This document shows, in pieces, positions 29,171-39,845 of a stretch of DNA of 64,000 bases. Source of the stretch: Thermodesulfobacteriota bacterium (GTDB lineage Bacteria > Desulfobacterota_D > UBA1144 > Nemesobacterales > UBA2774). Location: contig OZ244197.1 of assembly GCA_965216785.1 (NCBI GenBank), positions 320,001 to 384,000 of the forward strand, read 5' to 3'. Position numbers and translations under genes: made by a program. The notes below the pieces were generated by a model that saw only the letters and a list, made by a program, of their open reading frames with translations, ran no database searches and was not told the origin of the DNA. Positions within the stretch are counted from its first letter, which is position 1. Every line of letters begins with the position of its first letter.

Positions 29171-29181
29171 AATAAACCTTT

Positions 29182-31737
29182 TTACTCCTCCCTTAATAAA
29201 GCGGCTGTGTCTTCCCGGTCTATTACAAGAGCCGGATAAACTCCCGCAGCTAAAGCCGCTATAACGGATACTGCAATCCCCTCGACGAAGAACCTAGGCT
29301 GAAGCGTGAGATCGATAGTCCATCCGAAAGAGCGGAGATTTACCACATAAATGAGTAAATACGAGAGCAGAAGACCCACTGGGATGGAGAGCAATCCTGC
29401 TGTGAGGCCAATGAGGGCATTTTCTAAAAATGTCATTTTTCTTAACTGCGCCACCGTCATTCCGATTGCCCTGAGCATGCCGAACTCCTTTACCCGTCCA
29501 AGCTGAAGGGCCATGAGTGAGCTAAGGACACCTATGAACGCAACCACCACGACTAGAATCCTGAGCGCTCCCGTGACCTTAAAAGTGCGGTCAAATGTAT
29601 TTAAGGCGGACTCTTTGAGAGCATAGTTGGAACGGACGCGGACATTATATTTTTGAGATAATTCATTTGTGAGCTCCCGCGCTATTTCTGCCGGGTCTTG
29701 CCGCGAGACAACATTTGCCGCAAGAGAATTAATCAGCGCATCGTCCCATAAAGAACGATATACAGTATCCGACATCAGGACGACCCCTGTTTGATAGCTG
29801 TAATCATAATAAATGCCAGCGACTTTAAACTCCCTGTACCCATTGTCAGTAAGAAGCTTGACGGTATGCCCAGGGCCGGGCTGAATGTTGTTTCTATATG
29901 CGAATGATTCAGAGACCAAGACCGAGTCCTTAAGAAGTTTCTGCCAAATCTGTGCCGGGCTTCCCTCGCTCCATATGAATTTTTTATTCTCAGACGCTAT
30001 ATCCTCTGTTACGGCGAGCAGGTTGAAGGGTCCGTACTCGGGACTCGTAAGCCTTAGTCTCCTGGCCGTAGCAACATTATCTATGCCGGGGAAACCGGCA
30101 ACTTCAGAGAAAATAGCGGGATCAAGCCCAATATTGCTGCTTACGTTCTGCGAAGCTGCGGAAATGAAAATATCTGCGTTAAGCGTGCCCTCGAGCCAGC
30201 TTACAACTGTGACCCTGAAGCTCCCTATCATAATCCCTACGCTCAGTATGACCGAAACAGCAACTGTGAGTGAGGCAATGGCAACACCTGTGCGGCTTAG
30301 TGAGCGTACAACATTGAGTGGAGCCATTTGAGCGATAACCCCGATAGAACCGCCAAGGTATGAAAAGAGATTCATTAACACTCTCGTAATGAGAGGGACA
30401 AGAAGGGAAGAGCCGAGGAGTATTAAGAACACAGAGACGAGGCCGAGGCCAAGGCTATCTGAAGGAATGTATATAAGCAGTAAGCCGGTAGCGATTAAAC
30501 CCGCCCCGGCAAAACTTAAAGGCTTAAGTGACTTAAGCACCAAGCTTTCCAATGTGGACCGGGACAGAGCGCCCGCCGGTTTAACACGGGAAGCCTCGTA
30601 AGCGGGAACAACGCCGGCAATAACCGATGCTACTATCCCAAGCAGTAAACCTTTTATCATAGTATAGGGTGATAGGGTGAAATCTGTAACCGTGAGTGTG
30701 AAGTAGAGGTCGTTTATAGTGCTCGTAACGAGGCCGAGAATCCCCCTTCCCATAAAAGCGCCGAGAAATAAACCCAAAATACTTCCGATGATTCCCAGTA
30801 TGAGGGTTTCGACAAGGACCGTTTTAAAGACCTCGGGGCCTGTGACGCCGAGCGCGCGAAGCACGGCGAATGTGTGGCGTCTTGAGAGAACCGAGAATAT
30901 GACGGCGTTATAAATAAGGAATAAGCCCACAAAAAGAGCGAGCAGGCTGAGGGTCATCAAATTGAGCTCAAAAGCCCTGGTCATACTCTCGGCTGATTTA
31001 GACACCTGATCGATGCGCTCGATATCCATGCCTTCAGGCAAAATATCTTGTATGAGGGCAAGACTGAGACTGCCCTCTGATGACTTGTCATCTAGAGAGA
31101 GATCAATGTGTGTTAGCAGGCCGCTCTTATTCAAAAGCTCCTGCGCCGTCGATATATCGCTGATTATAATTCCGTCAAGATCAATTGCCCCGGCACTTCT
31201 ATCGGGTTCTATAAAGCCGATTATCCGAACTTTTTCACTCATAGAGCCGTAGGTGATCTGGAGCTGATCCCCTTTGCTTATTCCTTCACTATCTGATAGG
31301 GACTTGGGTAAGAGAACAGCGCCTGGCGCAGTGAGTAATGAAGAGAAGGTTTCCGGCGGCAGGTCCTGATCTAAAATACTTTCACTTGAATTTGAGCTCG
31401 AGAAGGGATCGATGCCGATAAGCCTAAGAGCGCGCCCGTCAAGAGCAGGGACGTTAATATAATCTTCGACGTAAGGCAGGACATTACTTACGCCCTGTTT
31501 TATTAGATCGACATATACACCTTCTTCGACACTGCCGTTTCTCCCGGTTATACGGTGTGTGGCACCTTTGGAAAACGCCTCGGTGCTGATTGAAAACGAT
31601 AGCGCCGCGCTCTTGTTCGCGAGATCTACAGAGGTTACAAGCGCTACGCCAAGAGCGATTCCGAGAACGAGCAGAAAGCTCTGGAGCGCGTGTTTTCTTA
31701 TATAGCTAAATCCGACTCCGAGTAAAGTAAGATTCAT
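29182..31737 (-). CDS. FtsX/MacB-type ABC permease (AttF/G-like, duplicated architecture)
   Basis: Two MacB_PCD+FtsX halves; LGIALGVAL, LRALG, LRAIG, NLRSFGWT. Confidence 0.9.
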   Translation of the reverse strand: MNLTLLGVGFSYIRKHALQSFLLVLGIALGVALVTSVDLANKSAALSFSISTEAFSKGATHRITGRNGSVEEGVYVDLIKQGVSNVLPYVEDYINVPALDGRALRLIGIDPFSSSNSSESILDQDLPPETFSSLLTAPGAVLLPKSLSDSEGISKGDQLQITYGSMSEKVRIIGFIEPDRSAGAIDLDGIIISDISTAQELLNKSGLLTHIDLSLDDKSSEGSLSLALIQDILPEGMDIERIDQVSKSAESMTRAFELNLMTLSLLALFVGLFLIYNAVIFSVLSRRHTFAVLRALGVTGPEVFKTVLVETLILGIIGSILGLFLGAFMGRGILGLVTSTINDLYFTLTVTDFTLSPYTMIKGLLLGIVASVIAGVVPAYEASRVKPAGALSRSTLESLVLKSLKPLSFAGAGLIATGLLLIYIPSDSLGLGLVSVFLILLGSSLLVPLITRVLMNLFSYLGGSIGVIAQMAPLNVVRSLSRTGVAIASLTVAVSVILSVGIMIGSFRVTVVSWLEGTLNADIFISAASQNVSSNIGLDPAIFSEVAGFPGIDNVATARRLRLTSPEYGPFNLLAVTEDIASENKKFIWSEGSPAQIWQKLLKDSVLVSESFAYRNNIQPGPGHTVKLLTDNGYREFKVAGIYYDYSYQTGVVLMSDTVYRSLWDDALINSLAANVVSRQDPAEIARELTNELSQKYNVRVRSNYALKESALNTFDRTFKVTGALRILVVVVAFIGVLSSLMALQLGRVKEFGMLRAIGMTVAQLRKMTFLENALIGLTAGLLSIPVGLLLSYLLIYVVNLRSFGWTIDLTLQPRFFVEGIAVSVIAALAAGVYPALVIDREDTAALLREE

Positions 31738-31753
31738 GATTAGTTAACTGTGC

Positions 31754-32443
31754 TTAGTTACCAGATACCCGGACGAGGCTCCCTTTCTCAATGCTGTAAA
31801 CTGTGTCTCCCCGGCCCGCTATTTCACCGCTGTGCGTTGCAATTATCATTGTTTTCCCGGACTTACGCTGTATCCCTAGCAGCAGCTCAAGGACCTCTTT
31901 TGAAGTCTCCGTGTCGAGGTTTCCGGTAGGCTCGTCAGCCAGGATCAGCGCAGGGTCGTTGATGAGAGAGCGTGCAATGGCGACACGCTGCTGCTCTCCA
32001 CCCGAGAGAACATCGGGGTAGGAATCGGCCCTATTTTGAAGACCGACCATGCCTAAGAGAATGAGTGCTTTATCAAAGCTATCTTTCCTTGGCTGCCCTG
32101 TAAGCTCGCTTGGAAGAGATACGTTTTCTATCACGGTAAGAGTGGGGATAAGATTAAAAAACTGAAAGATAAAACCTATCTGATCCCTTCTAAGAAGTGT
32201 GAGCTCGTTCTCTGTAAGGCCCGAAATATCTTTGCCGTCAATTTCAATACGTCCGCTGTCGGGTGAATCGATTCCTGAAACAAGGTTTAGAAACGTAGTC
32301 TTCCCGGAGCCGCTTTTTCCAAGCAGTACGACAAGCTCCCCGGCTGGGATTTCCACGCTTACGTCATGGAGGATATTGACCCGGTTTCCGCCCTCTTCAT
32401 AGAATTTGCATAGACGATCAAACCGTAATATCGGTTTCTTCAT
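31754..32443 (-). CDS. ABC transporter ATP-binding protein (LolD/AttE-like)
   Basis: [28 protein letters not shown]. Confidence 0.95.
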   Translation of the reverse strand: MKKPILRFDRLCKFYEEGGNRVNILHDVSVEIPAGELVVLLGKSGSGKTTFLNLVSGIDSPDSGRIEIDGKDISGLTENELTLLRRDQIGFIFQFFNLIPTLTVIENVSLPSELTGQPRKDSFDKALILLGMVGLQNRADSYPDVLSGGEQQRVAIARSLINDPALILADEPTGNLDTETSKEVLELLLGIQRKSGKTMIIATHSGEIAGRGDTVYSIEKGSLVRVSGN

Positions 32444-32544
32444 AAGATTTCTGAAAACAGTAAATTGAATGAAAATTTCGACCCGTATCGGTCAGATATT
32501 AATACTGCTTCAAGTAAGTAAGGGTAATGGCCAGGCGGCCTTTT

Positions 32545-33342
32545 TCAAGGTGAATCCGGTGTATAGCCGTCTTCATGGATAGTGAAATTGAGCGTTTGTG
32601 AGGACTCTGCGCCATCTGAATCGGTTACTACGATAAGGACTTCGAATTCGCCCGTGTCTTGCGCGCCGTACACCCAGGTGATGAGCCCTGTAGCGGGCTC
32701 GATGGTCATCCCCTTGGGAGCGCCCTTCAAGGTAAAATCAATACTGTCGCCGTCAGGGTCAACGGCCTCGACCGTGTAGTTAAACTCTCCTTCGTCGAAC
32801 AAAGAGCCGGGCTCTGAGATAATCTTCGGGGGAGAGTTTGGAATGACTATGCTGCCCTCCGCCTGCAAAGCCCCTTGGCCGAGCTCACTTACGGGAATTA
32901 CAGCAACAGATAAGGTATCGCCCTTGGTAAACTCGTCCTGCCATTCTAATACCTGATCCGTGCCGCCTACAATTTCCTCTCCGTTTAATTTCCACTGATA
33001 TAAAAAATCTAAATCTCCTTTATTCGCGCTATCACTTTCCACAAGGGCCTTAAACCCTTCTCTTATATCAGGACTTAGCGTGGCTATAGTGATTGTGGTG
33101 ATCCTTGGGAGCCTGCCGACGCGCTCGCTTTCTTTATATGTGTATTCTGGGTCTGACTCGTATCCCATGTATTCCTCTTGTGCCCGAGGCTCATGAGACA
33201 CCTCTTCCGTCACCGTATCCTGAGCAATTTCAGGCTCGGGCGGGTCATCGCCGCCGCAAGCATATACCCCAAGTATTAATAGGGCTGCTAATATAGTACT
33301 GAAATTTATTGAAGAGAGACTTTTAAGTAAGCTTTGAAACAT
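32545..33342 (-). CDS. Lipoprotein with Ig-like / cadherin-like domains
   Basis: Lipobox VYAC; NSPP...AVDPDGD...APKGMTI...TGLITW...VTDSDGA. Confidence 0.8.
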   Translation of the reverse strand: MFQSLLKSLSSINFSTILAALLILGVYACGGDDPPEPEIAQDTVTEEVSHEPRAQEEYMGYESDPEYTYKESERVGRLPRITTITIATLSPDIREGFKALVESDSANKGDLDFLYQWKLNGEEIVGGTDQVLEWQDEFTKGDTLSVAVIPVSELGQGALQAEGSIVIPNSPPKIISEPGSLFDEGEFNYTVEAVDPDGDSIDFTLKGAPKGMTIEPATGLITWVYGAQDTGEFEVLIVVTDSDGAESSQTLNFTIHEDGYTPDSP

Positions 33343-33420
33343 CTTGTTGAACCTGCCATTTTCATGACATCATTTAAATATCATCCATATACCTAAAAAC
33401 CCCCAGAGTGTTGGAGCCAC

Positions 33421-34914
33421 TCATTCAATCTCCACCTGGAATTTCTCTACCCTGCCGCTTCCGCCTTTAAAGTTTATTTCAATTCCGTATTGCTTCTGCA
33501 TTTTATCGATGTTGTCTTTCTCTGATAATTTTAATGCTTTTATCACGTTAGAGTTAGCTTTGACAATAATTTTCTTTTCATTTCCTTTGGAATTATCTAT
33601 CTGCTTTTTTATCTCTCTGATGATTTCGTAGGACACAGTGTGGTGGGATTTAAGAAGCCCTACACCTTCGCAATAGGGGCAAGGCTCGGCAAGCTCTGAC
33701 AAAATGCTTTCTCTTAGACGCTGCCTGGTCATTTGAATGACCCCGAAAGAGGACATTTCAAGAACTACTGATCTGGAGCGGTCCAGCTTGAGCGCCTCGA
33801 CGAACGCCTCGTAAATCTGGTCCCTGAGCTTTGGGTTCCTGATGTCTATAAAATCAATGACGATGATGCCAACGAGGTTTCTGAGCCTGATTTGCTTAAC
33901 GATCTCGGTGGCCGCCTCGAGGTTCAGGCTGTAAATGGTCTCTTCCTGGTCCTTGCCGCTCTGGTATCTGCCGGTGTTGACATCGACCACCGTAAGCCCT
34001 TCTGCCTCATCTATTATGATATGCCCGCCCGACTTAAGCCACACTTGTCTTTTGAATATCTTTTTTAACTCGTTCTCTACCCCGAAATGCTCAAATATAG
34101 GAACTTTCTTCCTGTATAACTCAACCTTTATTTTAATGTCGGGGAAATTGCGTTTCAGGTAGCTCTTGATCTCTCTGTACACGGGCTCTGAATCAATCAG
34201 TATTTTGTTAATATCAGCCGAGATGAAATCCCTTACGGTTTTTATGTAAAGCTTGGGCTCAGTGTATAGTAATGTCGGGCGCTTTGCCGATTCGCTCTTT
34301 TTCTTTACGTTTTCCCATTCAACAATCAAATCCTTCATATCCTTTTCGAGCTCTTCGATGGAGGCCCCTACGCTCGATGTACGCGCAATTAGTCCCAGGC
34401 CTTCGGGCTTCATATCCCTTACTGCTTTACTGAGCCGGTCTCTTTCTTCCTGTTCTTCTATCTTTCTCGATACCCCCACGATGTCGACCGTTCCGAGCAG
34501 TACCAAGTACTTACCAGGGATGGCAATGTAGGATGAGAGTTTCGCTCCTTTTCCACCAACAGATTCTTTTAAAACCTGAACCAGAACTTGGAGACCTTCC
34601 CTGAGAATATCCTGTATTAACCCTTTTACTTCTTTTTTGGGATCCACTTCATCAGTGCCGCTTTCGAAAGATAAATCGTATAGCGACTCTTCATTTACAT
34701 CCTCTACAGAGATAAAACCTGACTTCTCTAGACCTATATCGATGAAGGCGGCCTGCATTCCGGGCACGACTTTCCCAACCTTGCCCTTATATATATTTCC
34801 GACAACTCGGGGGACGGACTCACGCTCTATATAGAGCTCCGCAACCGAGCCGTTTTCCATCTTGGCCACCCTGGTTTCGTTGAACGTTACATTTATTAAA
34901 ATTTGGTTATCCAT
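33421..34914 (-). CDS. rng: Ribonuclease G (Rne/Rng family)
   Basis: GNIYKGKV..VVPGMQAAFIDIG, DVNTG, IVIDFID, CPYC.G.G. Confidence 0.92.
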   Translation of the reverse strand: MDNQILINVTFNETRVAKMENGSVAELYIERESVPRVVGNIYKGKVGKVVPGMQAAFIDIGLEKSGFISVEDVNEESLYDLSFESGTDEVDPKKEVKGLIQDILREGLQVLVQVLKESVGGKGAKLSSYIAIPGKYLVLLGTVDIVGVSRKIEEQEERDRLSKAVRDMKPEGLGLIARTSSVGASIEELEKDMKDLIVEWENVKKKSESAKRPTLLYTEPKLYIKTVRDFISADINKILIDSEPVYREIKSYLKRNFPDIKIKVELYRKKVPIFEHFGVENELKKIFKRQVWLKSGGHIIIDEAEGLTVVDVNTGRYQSGKDQEETIYSLNLEAATEIVKQIRLRNLVGIIVIDFIDIRNPKLRDQIYEAFVEALKLDRSRSVVLEMSSFGVIQMTRQRLRESILSELAEPCPYCEGVGLLKSHHTVSYEIIREIKKQIDNSKGNEKKIIVKANSNVIKALKLSEKDNIDKMQKQYGIEINFKGGSGRVEKFQVEIE

Positions 34915-35085
34915 AGAAGATGTGGGGTATATATTACTCTAAACTTTATAACGATTATTAAGTATAGTCCATAAGTTGTTTACATGAAAGCTTAAAAGGT
35001 GTAAAATTGGATTAATGGTATTTTTTGCAAGCCATAGCTCGGTTTGTAATAAAGCCGTTCTGAAATAAGAAGGAGGTATGGTGGG

Positions 35086-36090
35086 ATGTACTTGAGAGTT
35101 GTACTCGCAATTTTCTTATTGTCGGGAATGGCCCTGGCGGAGGGTAGCCTGCCGTATCCGAAAGACGGTACTACGATTTACGTCGTCCGTCCCGGAGACA
35201 CCCTGTGGAAGATTTCAGGAAGGTTTTTCGACAACCCGCTGTTTTGGCCGCGCCTTTGGGACCTGAACCAGCAGATCGATAACCCGAGCCGCATATACCC
35301 GGGCGATGTATTATCCCTTAAAATTCAGCCTCCGGCAGATATGCCGGTTGTGAAGGTCGAGCCTAAATCTCAAAAAATATCATTTAAAGACATCGAGCCT
35401 CCGCCGCCCGTTTACTATTACTCACCAGGAGGGTCGGAAGGTTTCATATCCACAAACCGATGGAAGCATCTGGGAACAATACTCACTTCGGAGCCTTCGA
35501 AAATACTGCTCGGAACGGGGGACATTGTATTTGTGAACGTAGGCTCTGAACAACAGGTAAAAGTAGGGGAAAGATTTACCGTATTCCGCAGCTCAAAACC
35601 CGTAGACCACCCGATCACCGGTCGTAGAATAGGTTATAAAGTATCGATTCAGGGTGTAATAGAAATAGTAGAGGTACTCGACAAGAGGAAATCGACGGCT
35701 GTAATAATCGAATCCTTCAGAGAGATCACGCGCGGAGCGCGCATTAGAGAACACGAGCCATTTGTGAAGGAAGTAGTGGAGAAAAAAGCGGTTGAGAGGG
35801 CGGACGGGTTTATTGTAGAAACGAAAAACGCTACACAGTTGACCGGAAGGGGTGATATTGTATATATGGACATAGGTGAAAATTACTCCGTAGTGCCGGG
35901 CAACACTATGTCTATATACACGAATCCTCGTAAAGTATATGACCCCGACGCAGGAAAGCATGTAACCATCCCGGGCATCTTAATCGGCAAGATCGTAGTG
36001 CTCGATGTTGATGAAGAGAACTCAACCGGTATAATAACGGAAAGCTCAAAACAAGTTCAAATCGGAAATGTAGTAAGTTTAGATATATAG
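35086..36090 (+). CDS. LysM peptidoglycan-binding protein
   Basis: Signal peptide; YVVRPGDTLWKIS...WPRLW..N..IDNPSRIYPGD. Confidence 0.9.
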   Translation: MYLRVVLAIFLLSGMALAEGSLPYPKDGTTIYVVRPGDTLWKISGRFFDNPLFWPRLWDLNQQIDNPSRIYPGDVLSLKIQPPADMPVVKVEPKSQKISFKDIEPPPPVYYYSPGGSEGFISTNRWKHLGTILTSEPSKILLGTGDIVFVNVGSEQQVKVGERFTVFRSSKPVDHPITGRRIGYKVSIQGVIEIVEVLDKRKSTAVIIESFREITRGARIREHEPFVKEVVEKKAVERADGFIVETKNATQLTGRGDIVYMDIGENYSVVPGNTMSIYTNPRKVYDPDAGKHVTIPGILIGKIVVLDVDEENSTGIITESSKQVQIGNVVSLDI

Positions 36091-36095
36091 AACAA

Positions 36096-36163
36096 AACTC
36101 GGCGGCTGCTTAGGTACTAGAATATCCTCCTTTTTAATTCTTACTTATCCGGCCGCCCGAGTT
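36096..36163. terminator. Large-loop inverted repeat between convergent genes
   Basis: AACTCGGCGGCTG ... CGGCCGCCCGAGTT (one bulge). Confidence 0.4.
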
Positions 36164-36172
36164 ACTCACCGA

Positions 36173-36871
36173 TTAAGATTTCTGAGTCTCCCCTGTCATA
36201 GAAACAAAACGAACCGAAGTTACATCCTTTATATCAATCCCGCTATCCGTCTTTTCTACGAGCTTGAGCTCTTGACTGACATCACCGACTGGGATAACCA
36301 TCCTACCGCCGGTTTTTAATTGCTCTATGAGTTTCTTAGGAATACTTTCAGGAGCTGCCGTCACGATAATAGCGTCAAAAGGAGCATGCTCTTGCCACCC
36401 GCCGTAGCCGTCTCCGATTTTAAACTTTATCTTGCTGTAACCTAACCTTTCGAGAATAGAACGGGCCTTTACAGCTAGTAGCTCAACGATCTCGACCGTA
36501 TATAGATCGCATCCGGTCTCGGCCAACACGGCAGATTGGTAACCCGAGCCAGTGCCTACTTCTAAAATTTTTTTACCCGGGGCAGGATCGAGAAGCTCGG
36601 TCATGAGGGCGACTATGTAGGGCTGTGAAACAGTCTGGCCTTTGTCAATGGGAACAGGACTGTCTTTATAGGCTGATTCCCGATGGCTCTCGGACACGAA
36701 CTCGTGCCTCGGGACCTTGAGCATGGCTTGAATGACCCTACCATTCTGAATGCCTCTTGAGATGATCTGGTTCTCGACCATTTCAAAACGCTTTTGAGCA
36801 TAGGGGTCCTCTTCGTCGTATAGTGAAAGGAGGATTACAAACGTGAGGGCGTATAAAGAGAATACTTCCAT
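36173..36871 (-). CDS. pcm: Protein-L-isoaspartate O-methyltransferase (start probably ATG 36871)
   Basis: VPRHEFV, GQTVSQP, LEVGTGSGYQ, APFDAIIVTAA, VRFV. Confidence 0.95.
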   Translation of the reverse strand: MEVFSLYALTFVILLSLYDEEDPYAQKRFEMVENQIISRGIQNGRVIQAMLKVPRHEFVSESHRESAYKDSPVPIDKGQTVSQPYIVALMTELLDPAPGKKILEVGTGSGYQSAVLAETGCDLYTVEIVELLAVKARSILERLGYSKIKFKIGDGYGGWQEHAPFDAIIVTAAPESIPKKLIEQLKTGGRMVIPVGDVSQELKLVEKTDSGIDIKDVTSVRFVSMTGETQKS

Positions 36872-36936
36872 ATATAGAAAGGATACCACTTAACGATCAA
36901 TCATTTAAGAAGGTTAAATGTAGGATATTGGTGGAG

Positions 36937-37890
36937 TTATATAATCTTTTCAATAACCCGCTTTGCACCTTCGTAGGGATCGATCTCGCCTGATTTTACA
37001 AGATCGTAAATCTTTTTTACTTCCTTACTCTCGAGCTTTTTACCGAACTCTCGCTCTAAATTCTCCTTAATAATCAAAGAGAACTCATCCTCTTTTCGCT
37101 TTTCTCTGATCTTCTGAAACCGCTCGGTACTGTGGAGATAATCCTTATGCTTTTCAATCTCGTTCTTCAAACCCTCTATACCTTCGTTCGCCTGAGCAGA
37201 GGTAAGGAGCACGGGAGGCTCCCATGCGTCTTTATATGATTTAATGGAGATAATGCTTTGTATTTCGGAGGCAAGGATCTTCGCCCCGTCTCTGTCCGCC
37301 TTGTTGACTACGAATATATCGGCAATCTCCATTAGCCCGGCTTTCATGGTCTGGACCGTGTCTCCCGCCTCGGGCACAAGAACAACAACCACCGTGTCCG
37401 CAACGTCCATGATATCAAGCTCTGTCTGCCCTACCCCCACAGTTTCGACAATTACGTCGTCCATACCAAACGCCCCGTAGAGCTTTATCATCTCGCTGAC
37501 CGAGCGCGCAAGACCTCCGCTAAGCCCCCTACTGCTTAAGCTCCTTATAAATACGCCGTCGTCCATCGAGTGCTCGTGCATGCGCACCCTGTCGCCAAGT
37601 ATCGAGCCCCCGGAAAATGGGCTTGAAGGATCAACCGCTATGACCCCTACTCTCTTGCCCTGGGCCCGGTATTGGCCGATCAGCTTGTCGGTGATGGTGC
37701 TTTTACCCGCTCCGGGAGGGCCGGTGATGCCGATCACATAGGAGTCATACGCCTTGGAATTTATGCGCCCAAGGATGTCCGGGAGGGAAGCGCTCCTGCT
37801 CTCGGCCAGAGTCATGAGCCTCCCAAGAGCAACCCGGTCGCCCTTTTGCATCTGCTCTACAAGCTTGATCTCGTCTTTAGTAAGAGACAT
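36937..37890 (-). CDS. meaB: Methylmalonyl-CoA mutase-associated GTPase
   Basis: GITGPPGAGKST, AVDPSSPFSGGSILGDRVRM, ETVGVGQ, VNKAD. Confidence 0.95.
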   Translation of the reverse strand: MSLTKDEIKLVEQMQKGDRVALGRLMTLAESRSASLPDILGRINSKAYDSYVIGITGPPGAGKSTITDKLIGQYRAQGKRVGVIAVDPSSPFSGGSILGDRVRMHEHSMDDGVFIRSLSSRGLSGGLARSVSEMIKLYGAFGMDDVIVETVGVGQTELDIMDVADTVVVVLVPEAGDTVQTMKAGLMEIADIFVVNKADRDGAKILASEIQSIISIKSYKDAWEPPVLLTSAQANEGIEGLKNEIEKHKDYLHSTERFQKIREKRKEDEFSLIIKENLEREFGKKLESKEVKKIYDLVKSGEIDPYEGAKRVIEKII

Positions 37891-37933
37891 AGGGAAATAC
37901 GATAATTAGGAGGCCGGTGATTGTCAAAAGAAA

Positions 37934-38338
37934 TCATTTGCCCATTTTGAGAATAAGATCGAATTCCTTTTTGGTAACGGGCATTACCGAGAGCCTGCTG
38001 TGTTTTATGAGGGGCATGTTTTTTAGGCGCGCTTCGGATTTGATATCGGAGAGCGTAACAGGGGTAATAAGCGGTTTTACGGGCTCTATATCGACCGCTA
38101 CCCATCTGTCATCCGAAGTAGTGGGGTCTTGATAATGCTCTTTAATCACCTTGGCAACGCCAACAATCTCAAGCCCGATGTTGCTGTGATAATATAGGAT
38201 CTGGTCGCCCTCTTTCATCTCTTTAAGGTTGTTACGGGCCTGGTAGTTCCTAACCCCGTCCCAGTACGTCCAGCCGTCCTTCACAAGGTCGTCCCAGGAG
38301 TATGTGCCGGGCTCTGATTTAACAAGCCAATAATTCAT
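37934..38338 (-). CDS. EVE domain protein
   Basis: YWLVKSEP, WDGVRNYQARN, YHSN, RLSVMPV. Confidence 0.93.
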   Translation of the reverse strand: MNYWLVKSEPGTYSWDDLVKDGWTYWDGVRNYQARNNLKEMKEGDQILYYHSNIGLEIVGVAKVIKEHYQDPTTSDDRWVAVDIEPVKPLITPVTLSDIKSEARLKNMPLIKHSRLSVMPVTKKEFDLILKMGK

Positions 38339-38441
38339 AGCATTATTATGTCCAAATCCCTATTTATTACAAACAGAGCCTGGCCGGGGCTCCACATATA
38401 GTTCTTTCGCTAGCCGTATATTACTGTATATTTATAGCGTT

Positions 38442-39122
38442 ATGGAAATACTAAAACGACCGGGACTTATGGTATTAGCGGTATTGATCGCGTTAATTTG
38501 CCCGTTTTCGGGCTTAGCGGATGAGGATGCAGCCAAGAAGAATATCGGTATACTCGAAGGAGCGGATGATTCCAGTAAGGAACTAAAGAGCATAGCGGTA
38601 ATACCGTTTTCAACAAAACCCGGCCTATCGATATACGACCCTGTGGCTATCGTTACACCTGAGGAAAGATTTCTTACTTTGGCGCTCTACGAGGCGCTCC
38701 TTACCGAGGTAACGACGGTGAGAATACTGCCCATCAGAGCATCGGATAATGAATTTGTGGAAATAAAGACCGAGTACCCGGGATCTCACTACAGAAATAC
38801 CGCGATTGACGTGGGTAAATCCCTTGGAGCGGACGCAGTGCTCGTAGGGACTATATCGGAGTACCGTGAGCGCGAGGGCGGGGACTACGGGGCCTTTTCC
38901 CCTGCGTCTGTTGCGTTCAGCGTGCAGCTTTACAGTACTGAAGACAAGAAGCTTCTCTGGGAGAGTTATTTTTCCGAAACCCAGAGGGCGCTTACCGATA
39001 ATGTATTCGAGATAAAGAAATTCTTTAAGCGGGGAGGTAAGTGGATTACCGTGGATGAGCTTGCGAAGGAAGGGGCGAGAACCGCCGCCATGAGAGTAAA
39101 CAAATACCTACTGGAGAAATAA
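38442..39122 (+). CDS. Exported protein, CsgG/LpoB/TolB-N-like fold
   Basis: Signal peptide; IAVIPF, GKSLGADAVLVGTI..YRER, PASVAF, KWIT. Confidence 0.7.
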   Translation: MEILKRPGLMVLAVLIALICPFSGLADEDAAKKNIGILEGADDSSKELKSIAVIPFSTKPGLSIYDPVAIVTPEERFLTLALYEALLTEVTTVRILPIRASDNEFVEIKTEYPGSHYRNTAIDVGKSLGADAVLVGTISEYREREGGDYGAFSPASVAFSVQLYSTEDKKLLWESYFSETQRALTDNVFEIKKFFKRGGKWITVDELAKEGARTAAMRVNKYLLEK

Positions 39123-39845
39123 GTGCAAATAATACCCGCGATCGACCTTAAAGACGGAAAGTGCGTGAGGCTGTACAAAGGAGAGGAAAGTAATGTAACC
39201 GTATTCTCGGAAAACCCGGGAGAGGTGGCTAAGAAATGGGAAGACGCCGGGGCGAGCATGATACATGTGGTTGACCTCGACGGCGCTTTCTCGGGAGAGC
39301 CAGTGAACCTGGCTGCCATTCAGGATATAGTGGACAGTGTTTCATGCCCGGTGCAGCTTGGGGGCGGTATTAGAAATATAGAGACAGTGAGAAAATATAT
39401 TGACCTTGGAATAAAGAGGATAATTATCGGGACAGCCGCCTTTAGCGATAAAGAGTTTCTGAGAGAGGCCTGTACCGAATTTCCGGGAAGTATCGCCGTC
39501 GGCGTAGACACTAAAAACGGGAAAATCGCCGTGAAAGGCTGGACGGAAGTAATTGACGCAGACAGCTCTGCCCTGCTTAAGGAATTTGAGGAAATCGGCG
39601 TAAGCGCAATATTAAATACAAATATAGACCGGGACGGAACGATGGAGGGAATCAATCTCGATCAGATCAGCGAATTTATAAGCGACTCCCCTATTCCGGT
39701 GATAGCCTCGGGCGGCATCGCATCGACAGATGACCTGGATAAACTCGCTACGATTGAAGAGCTCGGGATCTCGGGAGCCATACTTGGAAAGTCATTATAT
39801 ACAGGAACGATAGACCTTAAAGATGCTATAGAGAGGTACTCGTAA
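39123..39845 (+). CDS. hisA: ProFAR isomerase
   Basis: [40 protein letters not shown]. Confidence 0.96.
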   Translation: MQIIPAIDLKDGKCVRLYKGEESNVTVFSENPGEVAKKWEDAGASMIHVVDLDGAFSGEPVNLAAIQDIVDSVSCPVQLGGGIRNIETVRKYIDLGIKRIIIGTAAFSDKEFLREACTEFPGSIAVGVDTKNGKIAVKGWTEVIDADSSALLKEFEEIGVSAILNTNIDRDGTMEGINLDQISEFISDSPIPVIASGGIASTDDLDKLATIEELGISGAILGKSLYTGTIDLKDAIERYS

